Origin: Armatimonadota bacterium
GTDB taxonomy: Bacteria > Armatimonadota > SYMT01
Assembly (NCBI GenBank): GCA_046292385.1
Contig: JBKBRF010000029.1
Location: 1 to 64,000, forward strand
Length of the DNA stretch: 64,000 nt
Direction of reading: 5' to 3'
Shown here: positions 38,894 through 48,930 of the stretch, in pieces
Layout: every line of letters starts with the position of its first letter
How positions within the stretch are numbered: position 1 is the stretch's first letter
Made by a program: the position numbers and the translations under genes
Notes under the pieces: model-generated
Databases searched by the model: none
What the model was told of the DNA's origin: nothing
Seen by the model: only the letters and a program-made list of their open reading frames with translations

Positions 38894-39019
38894 GACCACC
38901 TCGGTCGATGCGAGGGAAAAGGGGTGCGGTCCGCGAGGTGAGCGGTATGCCGGAACAGCGCGGCGGTGAAGCGGACGGGGAAGACGACGACGGCGCGCGG
39001 AGCTGCGCGCCTCAAGGCG

Positions 39020-39048
39020 AGTTTAGCACGCAATCTGGCGGGTGTCTA
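39020..39048 (-). promoter_or_regulatory. Sigma70-type promoter upstream of rho
   Basis: TAGACA-17 bp-TAAACT with extended -10 TG. Confidence 0.6.
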
Positions 39049-39083
39049 CCTGACACGCTCACGGCTGAAAGTAGGCTATCCAC

Positions 39084-39635
39084 TCATTCTCCGGCGGAGT
39101 GAAGCACCCCGATGTACGGCAGCCCCCGGTAGAGCTGCGCGTAGTCGAGGCCGTAGCCGACGACGAACGCCTCCGGGATCGAGAAGCCGACGTACCGCGC
39201 CTGTACCTCCACCTTCCGCGCCAGCGGCTTGTCGAGCAGCGCGCAGACCTCGATCGAGGCGACGCCGCGGTTGCGCAGCAGGCTGGTGAGGTAGTTGATC
39301 GTGAGCCCGGTGTCGATGATGTCTTCCACCACCAGCACGTGACGGCCTTCCACCCCATCTTCCAGGTCTTTCAACAGGCGCACCACGCCGGAAGAGCGGG
39401 TCTCCGCGCCGTAGCTGGAGATGGCGATGAAGTCGATCGAGGCCGGGATCCGCAGCGCCCGGAGCAGGTCCGCGGCGAAGACGGCGGCACCGCGGAGCAC
39501 CACTACCAGGTGGAGGGTGCGGCCGGCGTAGTCGCGGGAGATCTGCTCCCCCAGCTCGTGCACGCGGGCCGCGATCGCCTCCTCGGAGATCAGCACCTCG
39601 CGGACATCTTCGTACGCGCTCACGGTTACTCCCAC
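39084..39635 (-). CDS. hpt: Hypoxanthine phosphoribosyltransferase
   Basis: [35 protein letters not shown]. Confidence 0.95.
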   Translation of the reverse strand: MGVTVSAYEDVREVLISEEAIAARVHELGEQISRDYAGRTLHLVVVLRGAAVFAADLLRALRIPASIDFIAISSYGAETRSSGVVRLLKDLEDGVEGRHVLVVEDIIDTGLTINYLTSLLRNRGVASIEVCALLDKPLARKVEVQARYVGFSIPEAFVVGYGLDYAQLYRGLPYIGVLHSAGE

Positions 39636-41170
39636 TCGATCGTGCCGGGCGGCTTCGACGTGAGGTCGTAGACCAGCCGGGACAGCCCCGCCACCTCGTT
39701 GACCACGCGGTTGCTGATCCGCTCCAGCACCTCGTACGGGATGCGCGCCCAGTCCGCCGTCATGAAGTCTTCGGTGGTGACGGCGCGGAGCACGGCGTAG
39801 TGGCCGTAGGTCCGCTGGTCCCCCATCACGCCGACCGTGCGGTCGCTCGGGAGCACCACGAACGCCTGCGCGAGCTGACGGTAGAGGCCCGCCCGCTCCA
39901 GCTCTTCCATCGCGATGGCGTCTGCCTGGCGCAGCACCTCCAGCCGCTCCCAGGTCACCTCGCCCAGCACCCGCACCGCCAGGCCGGGGCCCGGGAACGG
40001 ATGACGCCAGACCATCGAGGCGGGCAGCCCGAGCTGCTCGCCCAGCGCCCGGACCTCGTCCTTGAAAAGGAACCGCAGCGGCTCCACGAGCCCGAGCGCC
40101 ATGTCCTCCGGAAGGCCGCCGACGTTGTGGTGGGTCTTGATCGTGGCCGCCTTGCCGGGCCCGCTCTCGATCACGTCCGGGTAGAGGGTGCCCTGGACCA
40201 GGTACTTCACGTCGCCCAGCCGGTTCGCTTCCTCTTCGAAGACACGGATGAACTCGGTGCCGATGATCTTCCGCTTCCGCTCCGGGTCGGTTACCCCGGC
40301 GAGCGCACTCAGGAACCGCTCCCGCGCGTCCACGTAGACGAGGGGGATGTGGAAGTGACCGGCAAAGGTATCCCGCACCCGCTCCGCCTCTCCCAGACGG
40401 AGGAGGCCGTGGTCGACGAAGATGCAGGTGAGCTGGTCGCCGATGGCGCGGTGGACCAGCGCGGCCGCGACCGAGCTATCGACCCCGCCGCTGAGGCCGC
40501 AGATAACGCGCCCGTCCCCCACCTGCGCCCGGATCGCTTCCACCGACTCGTTCAGGAAGTTCTCCATCGTCCAGGTCGGAGCGCAGCCGCACGCCTTCTC
40601 CAGGTAGTTGCGCAGGATCTCCTTGCCGTGCAGCGTGTGGGTTACTTCCGGGTGGAACTGGACGCCGTACAGCTTGCGATGCGGATCGGCCATCGCCGCC
40701 ACCGGGGTGTTGCCCGTCGAAGCGACCACCTCGAAGCCGGGAGGAGGCGCCTCCACCCGGTCTCCATGGCTCATCCAGCAGATCGTCGGGTTATCGAGCC
40801 CGTGGAAGAGGATGTCGGGGTTCCGGACCTCCAGCTCGGCCTTGCCGTACTCCCGGCCGTGGCCACCCGGCACCACCTCGCCGCCGAGCTGGCGGGCCAT
40901 GAGCTGCATGCCGTAGCAGATGCCGAGGATCGGCACGTTGAGATCGTAGACGGCGGGATCGACGGTCGGCGCGCCCTCTTCGTAGACGCTGGGCGGTCCG
41001 CCGCTGAAGACGAGGCCGGAGGGCCGCCGCGCGGCGATCTCCGCGATCGGCGTGTCGCACGGCAGGATCTCGCAGTAGACGTTGCACTCGCGGATGCGGC
41101 GCGCGATGAGCTGGCTGTACTGCGCGCCGAAGTCGAGGACGAGGACGCTTTGAGAAGGAGTGGTGGACAT
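39626..41170 (-). CDS. guaA: GMP synthase (glutamine-hydrolysing)
   Basis: [46 protein letters not shown]. Confidence 0.98.
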   Translation of the reverse strand: MSTTPSQSVLVLDFGAQYSQLIARRIRECNVYCEILPCDTPIAEIAARRPSGLVFSGGPPSVYEEGAPTVDPAVYDLNVPILGICYGMQLMARQLGGEVVPGGHGREYGKAELEVRNPDILFHGLDNPTICWMSHGDRVEAPPPGFEVVASTGNTPVAAMADPHRKLYGVQFHPEVTHTLHGKEILRNYLEKACGCAPTWTMENFLNESVEAIRAQVGDGRVICGLSGGVDSSVAAALVHRAIGDQLTCIFVDHGLLRLGEAERVRDTFAGHFHIPLVYVDARERFLSALAGVTDPERKRKIIGTEFIRVFEEEANRLGDVKYLVQGTLYPDVIESGPGKAATIKTHHNVGGLPEDMALGLVEPLRFLFKDEVRALGEQLGLPASMVWRHPFPGPGLAVRVLGEVTWERLEVLRQADAIAMEELERAGLYRQLAQAFVVLPSDRTVGVMGDQRTYGHYAVLRAVTTEDFMTADWARIPYEVLERISNRVVNEVAGLSRLVYDLTSKPPGTIEWE

Positions 41171-41207
41171 AGCGCAAAGGAGTCCCCGCACGGCGGGCGA
41201 GGATAAG

Positions 41208-42374
41208 CTATCTTAACGCGTCCGCCACGCGCGCGACGCGAGCCATTTCCCGGACGTCGTGCACCCGCACGGCCGCGGCGCCCGCGGCGATCGAGTGGGA
41301 GACGGTGGCGGCGGTGCCCTCCAGCCGGTCCGATGCCGGAAGGCCGCCGAGGAGGTGCCCGATGGTGCTCTTGCGGGAAGTGCCGACGAGAATCGGCAGT
41401 CCGGCGGCGGTGTACTCGCGGAGCCGGCGGAGCAGCTCGATGTTCTGCGGCGGGGTCTTGCCGAATCCGAAGCCGGGGTCGAGCCACAGGCTCTCCGCCG
41501 GGATGCCCGCCTCCAACGCCCGCCCAACCTGGGCGCGAAGCCAGCTCAGGGTATCCGCCACCACGTCGTCGTAGACCGGCCGGCCCTCCGGATCGTACTG
41601 GTGGGAGTAGACTTCCGCCCCCGGTCGCTTGCGGCTGTGCATCAGCACCAGGGTGGTGCCGGGGTGCGCGGCCACTACGTACGCCAGCTCCGGATCGTGG
41701 GTGAGGCCGCTCACGTCGTTCACCCAGTCCGCCCCCGCTTCCAGGCAGGCCTCCGCGACGGCGCTCTTGCGGGTGTCGATCGAGATCAGCGCGTTCGTCG
41801 CCTCCCGCAGCCGCTCCACCACCGGAAGGACGCGCTGCAGCTCGGCCTCGACCGAGATCTCCTCCGCCCCCGGCCGCGTCGATTCGCCGCCGATGTCGAT
41901 GATGTCCGCCCCTTCTTCCACCATCCGCAGCGCGCCCTCCACCGCGGCGCGGGCGGACGGCCACTGACCTCCGTCGCTGAAGCTGTCCGGCGTCACGTTC
42001 AGAATGCCCATCACCAGCGTGCGCTCGCGCCGGTAGAGAGAGGCCTCGAACGCCGAGCAGGCCGCCCGCAGCTCCGTTCCCAGGTGCGGCGCGTCCCCCG
42101 CCAGCAGGCTGCCGGAGAGATCGAAGAGCTGGGCTGGGCTGCCGCTGATCCGCACGCGGGTCTCGTGGCGGGCCGTATCGACCTCCGCCGACTCCGCCGC
42201 TTCGCCCAGCGCCTCCCGCTCCGAGCTCGTGAGCGAGTCGAGGAGGGCGGTCCACGCTCCCCGTGGCGGCGGCACGCTCCCGCCCATCCACGCTGCCGCC
42301 GCCACCGCGCTTGCCGTGTGCCCCGCCGCGAAGAGGCGGAGGTTCAGGTGCGGATTGAGGGCGGTGGAGGGCAC
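41208..42374 (-). CDS. folP: Dihydropteroate synthase with N-terminal extension
   Basis: [44 protein letters not shown]. Confidence 0.95.
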   Translation of the reverse strand: MPSTALNPHLNLRLFAAGHTASAVAAAAWMGGSVPPPRGAWTALLDSLTSSEREALGEAAESAEVDTARHETRVRISGSPAQLFDLSGSLLAGDAPHLGTELRAACSAFEASLYRRERTLVMGILNVTPDSFSDGGQWPSARAAVEGALRMVEEGADIIDIGGESTRPGAEEISVEAELQRVLPVVERLREATNALISIDTRKSAVAEACLEAGADWVNDVSGLTHDPELAYVVAAHPGTTLVLMHSRKRPGAEVYSHQYDPEGRPVYDDVVADTLSWLRAQVGRALEAGIPAESLWLDPGFGFGKTPPQNIELLRRLREYTAAGLPILVGTSRKSTIGHLLGGLPASDRLEGTAATVSHSIAAGAAAVRVHDVREMARVARVADALR

Positions 42375-42381
42375 GTTGGGA

Positions 42382-42411
42382 GGGATGAGGGCGGAAGGAT
42401 GAGGGGATGAA
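42382..42411. repeat. GGATGA-type degenerate heptamer repeat
   Basis: GGATGAG-GGCGGAA-GGATGAG-GGGATGAA; complement of the TCATCCC array at 56357. Confidence 0.55.
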
Positions 42412-42495
42412 TTCGAGCCGTTCGTGAACGGTACGGCGTGCCGCTGTCGCCCCGGGCGAGCCCGGCGCGCGATGGTCTACACCTGGCCCCTACCC

Positions 42496-43731
42496 CTAAT
42501 GATAGTGAGTGGGTCTCTGGGAGCCGGTGCAGCTCGCGATGGCGTCGATGTCGAGCGACTGCAGCATCGCCAGGCCGATCTCGCTCAGGAAGAAGCGCCG
42601 CTCCTCCGTGGCGGTGGCGGCATTGCGGCGCAGCTTGGCGCGGAAGACCGGATCTTCGGAGGCGAGGAGGATGATCTGCCGGATCTGATGGCTGTCCATC
42701 GATTCGATCGCCTGGCGCGCCTCGTCGGCCATCTCGCTTTCGGGGGCGAGGGTGGTGACCCGCAGGAACTCGCCGGTCGCCTCGCGCAGCATCCCCTGCT
42801 GCTGGAAGAGCACCGCCTTCTTGAAGTGGTGGCTCGGGTCGAGCGGGTTGAGCGCCACCATTTGGTCCGCCATCCGCAGCGCCTCACTCACCCGCCCCTG
42901 CTGAAGGTAGGCGACTCCCAGCAGGTCGCGGGCGGCCAGGCTCTTGCTGCTGCAGCGGAGGAGCCGCCGCGCGTACTCGATCGCGGCGTCGGCATCTCCC
43001 AGCTCCAGCATCACCTCGGAGGCCGATTCGAGGAGGTCCGCGTTCTCCGGATCGAGCCGGAGGCCCTGGCGGAGGACCGTTCCGGCCTCCTCGGAGCGGC
43101 GCGTCTCGCGCAGCAGGGAAGCGAGGCTGAAGTAGTAGTCGACGCGCTGGGGGCAGAGCTGGATGGCGCGGGCCATCGCGCGCACGGCGTCGTCCATGCG
43201 GCCGGCACGCGCCAGGCTGACCGCCAGCTCCACGTGGGCCACGTCGTACGAGGGATCGCAGCGCACCGCCAGCGAGCACTCGGCAATCGCCTGCTCGACC
43301 TGGTCTTCCTGGAGGAAGAAGTAGCCGAGCGCCTTATGGGCCTTGGCGCTGTCCGGGTTGTGTGAGATCGCCTTCTCCAGCGCGGCGCGGGCCTGGTCGC
43401 GCTCCCCGCGGAGATTCATGATGTAGGCAAGCTCGCACAGCGCCTCCGGGTTGGTCGGCTCCATGGCCAGCACCACGTCGAGCTCCCGCAGCGCCCGCTC
43501 CAGGTCCCCCTGCTCCACAAAGCAGTAGCAGAGCCCGAGCCGCGCCTGCGCTACCAGCGGGTTCTGCTCCTCCGGCGTGTTCACGGCGGTCCCGCGGGAG
43601 CGGCGCACCCGGGCGAAGGCGAGGCGCCGGAAGAGACAGGCGGCGTCGTGGGTATTGCCATCCTTCAAGAGCGCCTGTGCGTCGTGGTACAGCCGCCAGA
43701 GGGATTTAAGCGTAAGTCGGGTGGATTGCAT
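42496..43731 (-). CDS. Tetratricopeptide repeat protein
   Basis: About 8 TPR units (A...LG..Y...G...EA...); start may be 43731 or further upstream. Confidence 0.85.
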   Translation of the reverse strand: MQSTRLTLKSLWRLYHDAQALLKDGNTHDAACLFRRLAFARVRRSRGTAVNTPEEQNPLVAQARLGLCYCFVEQGDLERALRELDVVLAMEPTNPEALCELAYIMNLRGERDQARAALEKAISHNPDSAKAHKALGYFFLQEDQVEQAIAECSLAVRCDPSYDVAHVELAVSLARAGRMDDAVRAMARAIQLCPQRVDYYFSLASLLRETRRSEEAGTVLRQGLRLDPENADLLESASEVMLELGDADAAIEYARRLLRCSSKSLAARDLLGVAYLQQGRVSEALRMADQMVALNPLDPSHHFKKAVLFQQQGMLREATGEFLRVTTLAPESEMADEARQAIESMDSHQIRQIILLASEDPVFRAKLRRNAATATEERRFFLSEIGLAMLQSLDIDAIASCTGSQRPTHYH

Positions 43732-44006
43732 GCCTGGACGCCGGGACGCAAAAGCGTTAGCTCTCGGTCGATACATATAACATGAGCCCATGCGCGTGTC
43801 AAAGAGACGGCGCCGCCGCCGCACGCGTCATGTATCAGTGCAGAGCAGGAGTTCTGCCCCCGTTTGGGGAAGCGATCACAATCCGCTCCTCGTTCAGTAT
43901 GCCCGGACTTCGGCCGCGTAACCTGCGCGTGGGAGCGGCGTTATAGAGGTAGAGCGCCGGCAGACCTGCCGGCCCTCTCCTGTCTTCGCGGATCAGGCAC
44001 CTACCC

Positions 44007-46055
44007 ATGCGCGTGTTGTCCCACCGCTTCATCCGGCACGCCCGGCCGGCCGTCATCGCTGCTGCCGCGCTCGCCGTAGTGCCGCTCCTGGCCCCGAGCC
44101 CGGCGGCGGCGCAGGCCACCGTCACCGCGGAAGCCGGCCTGGGCGGCTACGGTCGCCCTCAGTCCTGGCTGCCGGTGCGGGCGGTGCTGACGAACCAGGG
44201 CGCTGCCGCGCGGGTCGGTGTCAGCGCCCGGTACGCCAGCGGGCGGGACGGCGGCGTGCACGCGGTGCTGCCGGAGCGGCAGCTCTCCAGCGGGGCGAAC
44301 GAGGCGCACGTTCTCTACCTGAAGGAGCCGCAGAACTGGGGTGCGCAGGAGGTGGCGGTCGACTACCGGATCGAGGGCCGCTCGCAGCCGCCGGTGCGCC
44401 TGCAGCTCAACTGGGTAAACGATGCGGACTGGCTGGTCGCCGGCATCGGCGAGAACGCGCCGGTCCTCCAGTCGCTGGCCGTCGCGAACGTGCCGGCTAA
44501 CCCGCGGGCTGCCTTCCGCGGCTCCTGGCAGCCGCCGAACCAGAGTTCCCGCGCCCACGTGGCGATCCTCGAGGCGTCGAAGGTGCCGGACCGCGGCCAG
44601 GGCCTGGCCGCCGCCGACCTCGTCTACCTCGGCAGCGTGGGCGAGCGGGAGCTGACGCCGGAGCAGGTAGCGGCGCTGCGGCAGTACGCGCTTTCCGGCG
44701 GCAACCTGGTGATCGGCGGAGGCCTCAACTGGCAGCGACTCAGCTCGGAGCTCTACCAGGATCTCCTCCCGGTCCGGGTGACCGGCTCCCATACCGCCAG
44801 CAGCGCCCCACAGCTCGGCACGCTGGCGGGAGCGACGGCACCCTCAGGCACGACCTTCGCCGTGGCGACCGCCCAGCCGAAGCCCGGCGCGAAGACGCTG
44901 GCGCACGATGCCGCGGGGCGCCCGCTGGTGGTGACCGGCGCCTACGGTGCGGGGCAGGTGATCTTCCTCGCCTATGACCCGGGCACCTCGCCGTTCCGGG
45001 AGTGGAACGGCGCCGGAGCTCTCTGGAGCAAGCTGCTCCAATCCCGGCCGTCTCCCGGACTGGTCGAGGCGATCGAGGCGGGAGAGAACCGCTACGACGC
45101 GGGCTACGCGATGCAGACGGGGCGGGCCGGCGGCCTGCAGCTGTCGGATGCGCCGTTCGCGATCTCCCAGCTCGACATCCCATCGTTCTACCTGGTGGCG
45201 CTCTTCCTGGTCGCCTACATCGTCTGCCTGGTGCCGGTGAACTACTTCTTCCTGAAAAGCCGGGACAAGAAGGAATACGCCTGGCTCACTACCCCGCTGA
45301 TCGTGCTCGTCTTCTCGGTCGGCGCCTACATGATCGGCTACGGCTACAAAGGCGGGCGGACGCTCGTTTCAAAGGTCGCCGTCATCGAGGCGCGAGTGGG
45401 CGAGGCGGGCGCTCCGGCGGTCTCCTACGCCGGGCTTTTCTCCCCGCGCAAGACGACGTACGACATCCAGCTCGCCTCGAGCGGCGCCGCCGGAGAGGCG
45501 GCCGCGGGGGTCCTCCTCTCAGAGCCGGCGAGCGGTGCCGACACCTCCGACCTCCGGCTGGCGCTGGGCGATACGGTCCGGTTGGAAGACCTGCCGGTCG
45601 ACATGTGGGCGATGCGCGTGGTGAAGGCGGAAGGGGTCACCTCGCTCGGCGAAGGCTTCAGCGTGGAGTGGCAGGGCGTGCCGGGGAAGAGTGCCGGGAC
45701 GCTGCGGAACGGCAGCCCCTATACGCTGACCGACGCGCAGATCGTGCTGGACGGCGTGGCGCTCCCCCTGCCGGAGCTGGCTCCCGGCGCGACGGTCGAG
45801 TTCCAGCGGCCGAGCACCGCCACCGCCGGTCAGGCCTCCGTGCCCGGCACGGTGACCGAAAAGATCAGCGGCTCCCCGGACGAGCGACGGATGAAGGAGG
45901 CGGTGCTGGAGCGGATCCAGGGCGCCTCCGTGCTGAGCGAAGGCACCCCCTTCGTGCTCGGCTGGGTCCGAGAGCCGGTGTTGCCGCTGCTGGTAGACGG
46001 CAGCCGCCCCAACGAGCAGTCCGCTTCCCTGCTGCTCCTCCGGCTTACACCTTGA
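44007..46055 (+). CDS. Exported/membrane protein with class I glutamine-amidotransferase-like domain (ABC-associated)
   Basis: Signal peptide; Q.AAL..Y...GG.LVI.GG, LLPV, G.G.V; two central TMs (Y..LV.PVNY..L...AW.T.P). Confidence 0.75.
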   Translation: MRVLSHRFIRHARPAVIAAAALAVVPLLAPSPAAAQATVTAEAGLGGYGRPQSWLPVRAVLTNQGAAARVGVSARYASGRDGGVHAVLPERQLSSGANEAHVLYLKEPQNWGAQEVAVDYRIEGRSQPPVRLQLNWVNDADWLVAGIGENAPVLQSLAVANVPANPRAAFRGSWQPPNQSSRAHVAILEASKVPDRGQGLAAADLVYLGSVGERELTPEQVAALRQYALSGGNLVIGGGLNWQRLSSELYQDLLPVRVTGSHTASSAPQLGTLAGATAPSGTTFAVATAQPKPGAKTLAHDAAGRPLVVTGAYGAGQVIFLAYDPGTSPFREWNGAGALWSKLLQSRPSPGLVEAIEAGENRYDAGYAMQTGRAGGLQLSDAPFAISQLDIPSFYLVALFLVAYIVCLVPVNYFFLKSRDKKEYAWLTTPLIVLVFSVGAYMIGYGYKGGRTLVSKVAVIEARVGEAGAPAVSYAGLFSPRKTTYDIQLASSGAAGEAAAGVLLSEPASGADTSDLRLALGDTVRLEDLPVDMWAMRVVKAEGVTSLGEGFSVEWQGVPGKSAGTLRNGSPYTLTDAQIVLDGVALPLPELAPGATVEFQRPSTATAGQASVPGTVTEKISGSPDERRMKEAVLERIQGASVLSEGTPFVLGWVREPVLPLLVDGSRPNEQSASLLLLRLTP

Positions 46056-46199
46056 GACGGAGAGACAGAGGGACGGAGAGACAGAGAGCGTTTGCGCCGG
46101 CAGGCTGAACTCTTGATGACCGCGCGTGCCGCCGTGCGGAGAGTAGCGAGCTCACCGCGCGGCAACCCTAGACCCTAGACCCTAGACCCTAGACCCTAG
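46054..46199. repeat. Intergenic simple repeats: G(A/G)GAC(G/A)GA x4 and (ACCCTAG)x5
   Basis: Octamer run 46054-46085; five exact ACCCTAG copies 46165-46199, 20 bp before the ABC ATPase start. Confidence 0.85.
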
Positions 46200-46219
46200 A
46201 CTAGAAAGCGAAGATTCCC

Positions 46220-47152
46220 GTGGTCGACATCCAGCACCTTCGGAAGGAATACAGCAACAACCTGGTCGCCGTGAAGGACCTCTCCCTTCAGCTCGACCGC
46301 GGCGACATCTTCGGCTTCATCGGCCCGAACGGCGCCGGGAAGACGACGACGATCAAGATGCTCGCCACGCTGCTGCGGCCGACCTCCGGCCGGGCGTTCA
46401 TCGACGGTGTCGACGTGACCCGCGAGCCGGAGCGCGTGCGCGGGATCATCGGCTACATGCCGGACAACTTCGGGGTCTACGACGACATCAAGGTCTGGGA
46501 GTACCTCGACTTCTTCGCCGCGGCCTACAAGATCCCGCGGGACAAGCGCCCGCGCATCATCGACGACGTGCTGGAGCTGACCGACCTCACCGTGAAGAAG
46601 GACAGCTACGTGGAGGAGCTCTCCCGGGGCATGAAGCAGCGTCTCTGCCTGGCGAAGACGCTGGTCCACGATCCGCAGGTGCTGCTGCTGGACGAGCCGG
46701 CCTCCGGTCTCGATCCCCGCGCGCGGATCGAGATCAAGGAGCTTCTGAAGGAGCTCAAGAGCATGGGGAAGACGATCATCATCTCCAGCCACATCCTTCC
46801 GGAGCTCGCCGACTTCTGCAACAAGATCGGCATCATCGAGCAGGGCGAGCTGATCGTCAGCGGCGACGTCACCGAGATCATGCGCCAGGTGACCGGCGGC
46901 CACGTGCTCGATATCCGGGTGGTGGCGGACGATCTCGAGCGCGCGCAGGAGGTGCTGAGCGGCATCGCCTCGGTGCGCGGCGCCCGCGTAGTGGACGGCG
47001 ACCTGAAAGTCGACTACGTCGGCGAGCCGGACCGGTCGCACGAGGTGCTGACGACGCTGGTAACCTCGGGCATCCGGGTGCGGGCGTTCGTCGAGGAGCA
47101 GACCGACCTGGAGGACATCTTCATGAAGGTCACCCGCGGCGTGGTCAGCTAG
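46220..47152 (+). CDS. ABC transporter ATP-binding protein (ABC-2 type)
   Basis: GPNGAGKTT, LSRGMKQR, LLLDEP, ISSH. Confidence 0.95.
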   Translation: MVDIQHLRKEYSNNLVAVKDLSLQLDRGDIFGFIGPNGAGKTTTIKMLATLLRPTSGRAFIDGVDVTREPERVRGIIGYMPDNFGVYDDIKVWEYLDFFAAAYKIPRDKRPRIIDDVLELTDLTVKKDSYVEELSRGMKQRLCLAKTLVHDPQVLLLDEPASGLDPRARIEIKELLKELKSMGKTIIISSHILPELADFCNKIGIIEQGELIVSGDVTEIMRQVTGGHVLDIRVVADDLERAQEVLSGIASVRGARVVDGDLKVDYVGEPDRSHEVLTTLVTSGIRVRAFVEEQTDLEDIFMKVTRGVVS

Positions 47153-47168
47153 GAGAGAAGACCCCGGT

Positions 47169-48929
47169 ATGAACGACTCCGTCACCCGCGAGCCGGAAGG
47201 CGCTCTCTCCGGCGCCGGCGCGTCTGCCGGCCCGCGGGTGCGCTCCGCCCGAGAGCTGATCCGCCTGCTCGCGTTCTCCACGTTCGACAACCCGGTCCTG
47301 GTGAAGGAGCTCCGGACGCGCATGCGCGGGGCGCGGGCATACTGGCTGATGCTTGGCTACACCCTCTTCCTGGCGGGCGTGCTGGGCCTGATGTACTTCA
47401 CCATGGAGGCGGAGGCGGCTCAGGGCCGGGGCGGGCTCGGCGGAGGGGTCACGCCGGAGGCCGCGCGAGACCTGGGCCGGACGATGTACCTCTTCGTCTT
47501 CATCGCCCAGGCGGTGATGGTGGCGCTGATTACGCCTGCGCTCACTTCCGGTGCCATCACGATCGAGCGAGAGCAGCGCTCCTACGAGCTGCTCTCAACC
47601 ACCCCGCTGAAGCCGGGCGACGTGGTCCGCGGAAAGCTGATTGCCAGCGTCTCGTTCGTGGTCTTGCTGCTCACCGCGTCGCTGCCGCTGGTGAGCGTCT
47701 CCTTTCTGGTAGGCGGCGTCTCCCCCGCGGAGATCGCCTCCAGCTACGCCATCGTGGCGCTCAGCGCGTTCGTCTACGGCGCCATCGGCCTCTTCTGGTC
47801 CGCCACGCTGGCGACCACCGCCGTGGCGACCGTCCTCACTTACCTTTCCGTCCTCTCGTTCTTCGTGCTGACGGTGGTGCCCGGCTCGATCGCGGCTTCG
47901 ATAGCGATGGGAACCGGGGCGGGCACGCCGGAGATACCGTTCAAGAGCCTGAACCCGCTTACCGCCGCCTTCCAGGCGGTCCATCCGGAATACCTGTTCC
48001 AGACACAGCTTCCGAGCTGGGTCTCCGGCGTGGTGATGAACCTGCTGCTGGGGCTTACCATCACCACGGCGGCGATGCACCGCCTGGAGCACTTCTATCC
48101 GCCGAGGGCGCTCTGGGTGCGCCTCTTCGCCACCCTCACCTGGTGCGCCGGCTGGATCTTCTTCCTCGGAGCGATCAACGGCTCCACCGCCTTCATCGGC
48201 TTCCAGGGCACGGTCGCGGCCGCCCTCGCGCAGGTGTTGATGGTGGTGCTCACCGGGGTCGCGGCGGTGGCCCCCGTCTTCAACACGGGAGAGCTGGTCG
48301 TGCGGCGCGGCGAAAGCGCGCTCGGCCGCTACTTCGCCGGCTGGCTGCCGCACCGGCTGTTCCGCGACGATCTCTCCTGCGGACTGCCCCTGTTGACCTG
48401 GTGGACCCTCGCGGCCGCCGGCCTGGCGCTCGCGGGGCTCTGGCTCAGCGGCCACTCGATCGACGCGTCGGTCTTCTCGCACTGGCTCCGCGGCGTGTTC
48501 GTGATCTTCTCCGTGCTCCTGGGCCTCGTCGGCCTGGGGAACCTGCTCTCGGTGGTGCTTCCCAGCCGCTGGGCGGCTTGCGTGTTGACCTACCTGGGGG
48601 CCGTCCTCTCGATGGTGCTCCCGTACTTCGCCCTGGTCCCCTACCAGGGGCTCTGGTCCGCCACCACCCGCCTGGAGCCGGTGCTGCAGGTGCTCTACCT
48701 CTCCCCGTTCGAAGCGCTCCGGGAGATCGGCGACCCCGCCGGCTTCTGGAGCGGGCACCCGGTGATGGCGTTCGGCCGCGCGGTGCCGTTCTGGGTCGTC
48801 ACCAGCGTCCTCCACCTGCTGGGTGCCGCCCTCTTCTTCGCGCTCACGCTGGTGCTGATCCGGCGGGCGGAGCAGTCGCTCGGCGCCCGGCCCGCCGCCG
48901 TGGGGACCATCGCCGGACAGGAGGTGTGA
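47169..48929 (+). CDS. ABC-2 type permease
   Basis: NPVLVKELR.RMRG.R, AITIEREQRSYELL..TPL, multiple TMs. Confidence 0.88.
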   Translation: MNDSVTREPEGALSGAGASAGPRVRSARELIRLLAFSTFDNPVLVKELRTRMRGARAYWLMLGYTLFLAGVLGLMYFTMEAEAAQGRGGLGGGVTPEAARDLGRTMYLFVFIAQAVMVALITPALTSGAITIEREQRSYELLSTTPLKPGDVVRGKLIASVSFVVLLLTASLPLVSVSFLVGGVSPAEIASSYAIVALSAFVYGAIGLFWSATLATTAVATVLTYLSVLSFFVLTVVPGSIAASIAMGTGAGTPEIPFKSLNPLTAAFQAVHPEYLFQTQLPSWVSGVVMNLLLGLTITTAAMHRLEHFYPPRALWVRLFATLTWCAGWIFFLGAINGSTAFIGFQGTVAAALAQVLMVVLTGVAAVAPVFNTGELVVRRGESALGRYFAGWLPHRLFRDDLSCGLPLLTWWTLAAAGLALAGLWLSGHSIDASVFSHWLRGVFVIFSVLLGLVGLGNLLSVVLPSRWAACVLTYLGAVLSMVLPYFALVPYQGLWSATTRLEPVLQVLYLSPFEALREIGDPAGFWSGHPVMAFGRAVPFWVVTSVLHLLGAALFFALTLVLIRRAEQSLGARPAAVGTIAGQEV

Positions 48930-48930
48930 C

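Noticed and set aside
41171..41207. Purine riboswitch upstream of guaA
   Set aside because: Only 37 bp between folP and guaA; no aptamer consensus
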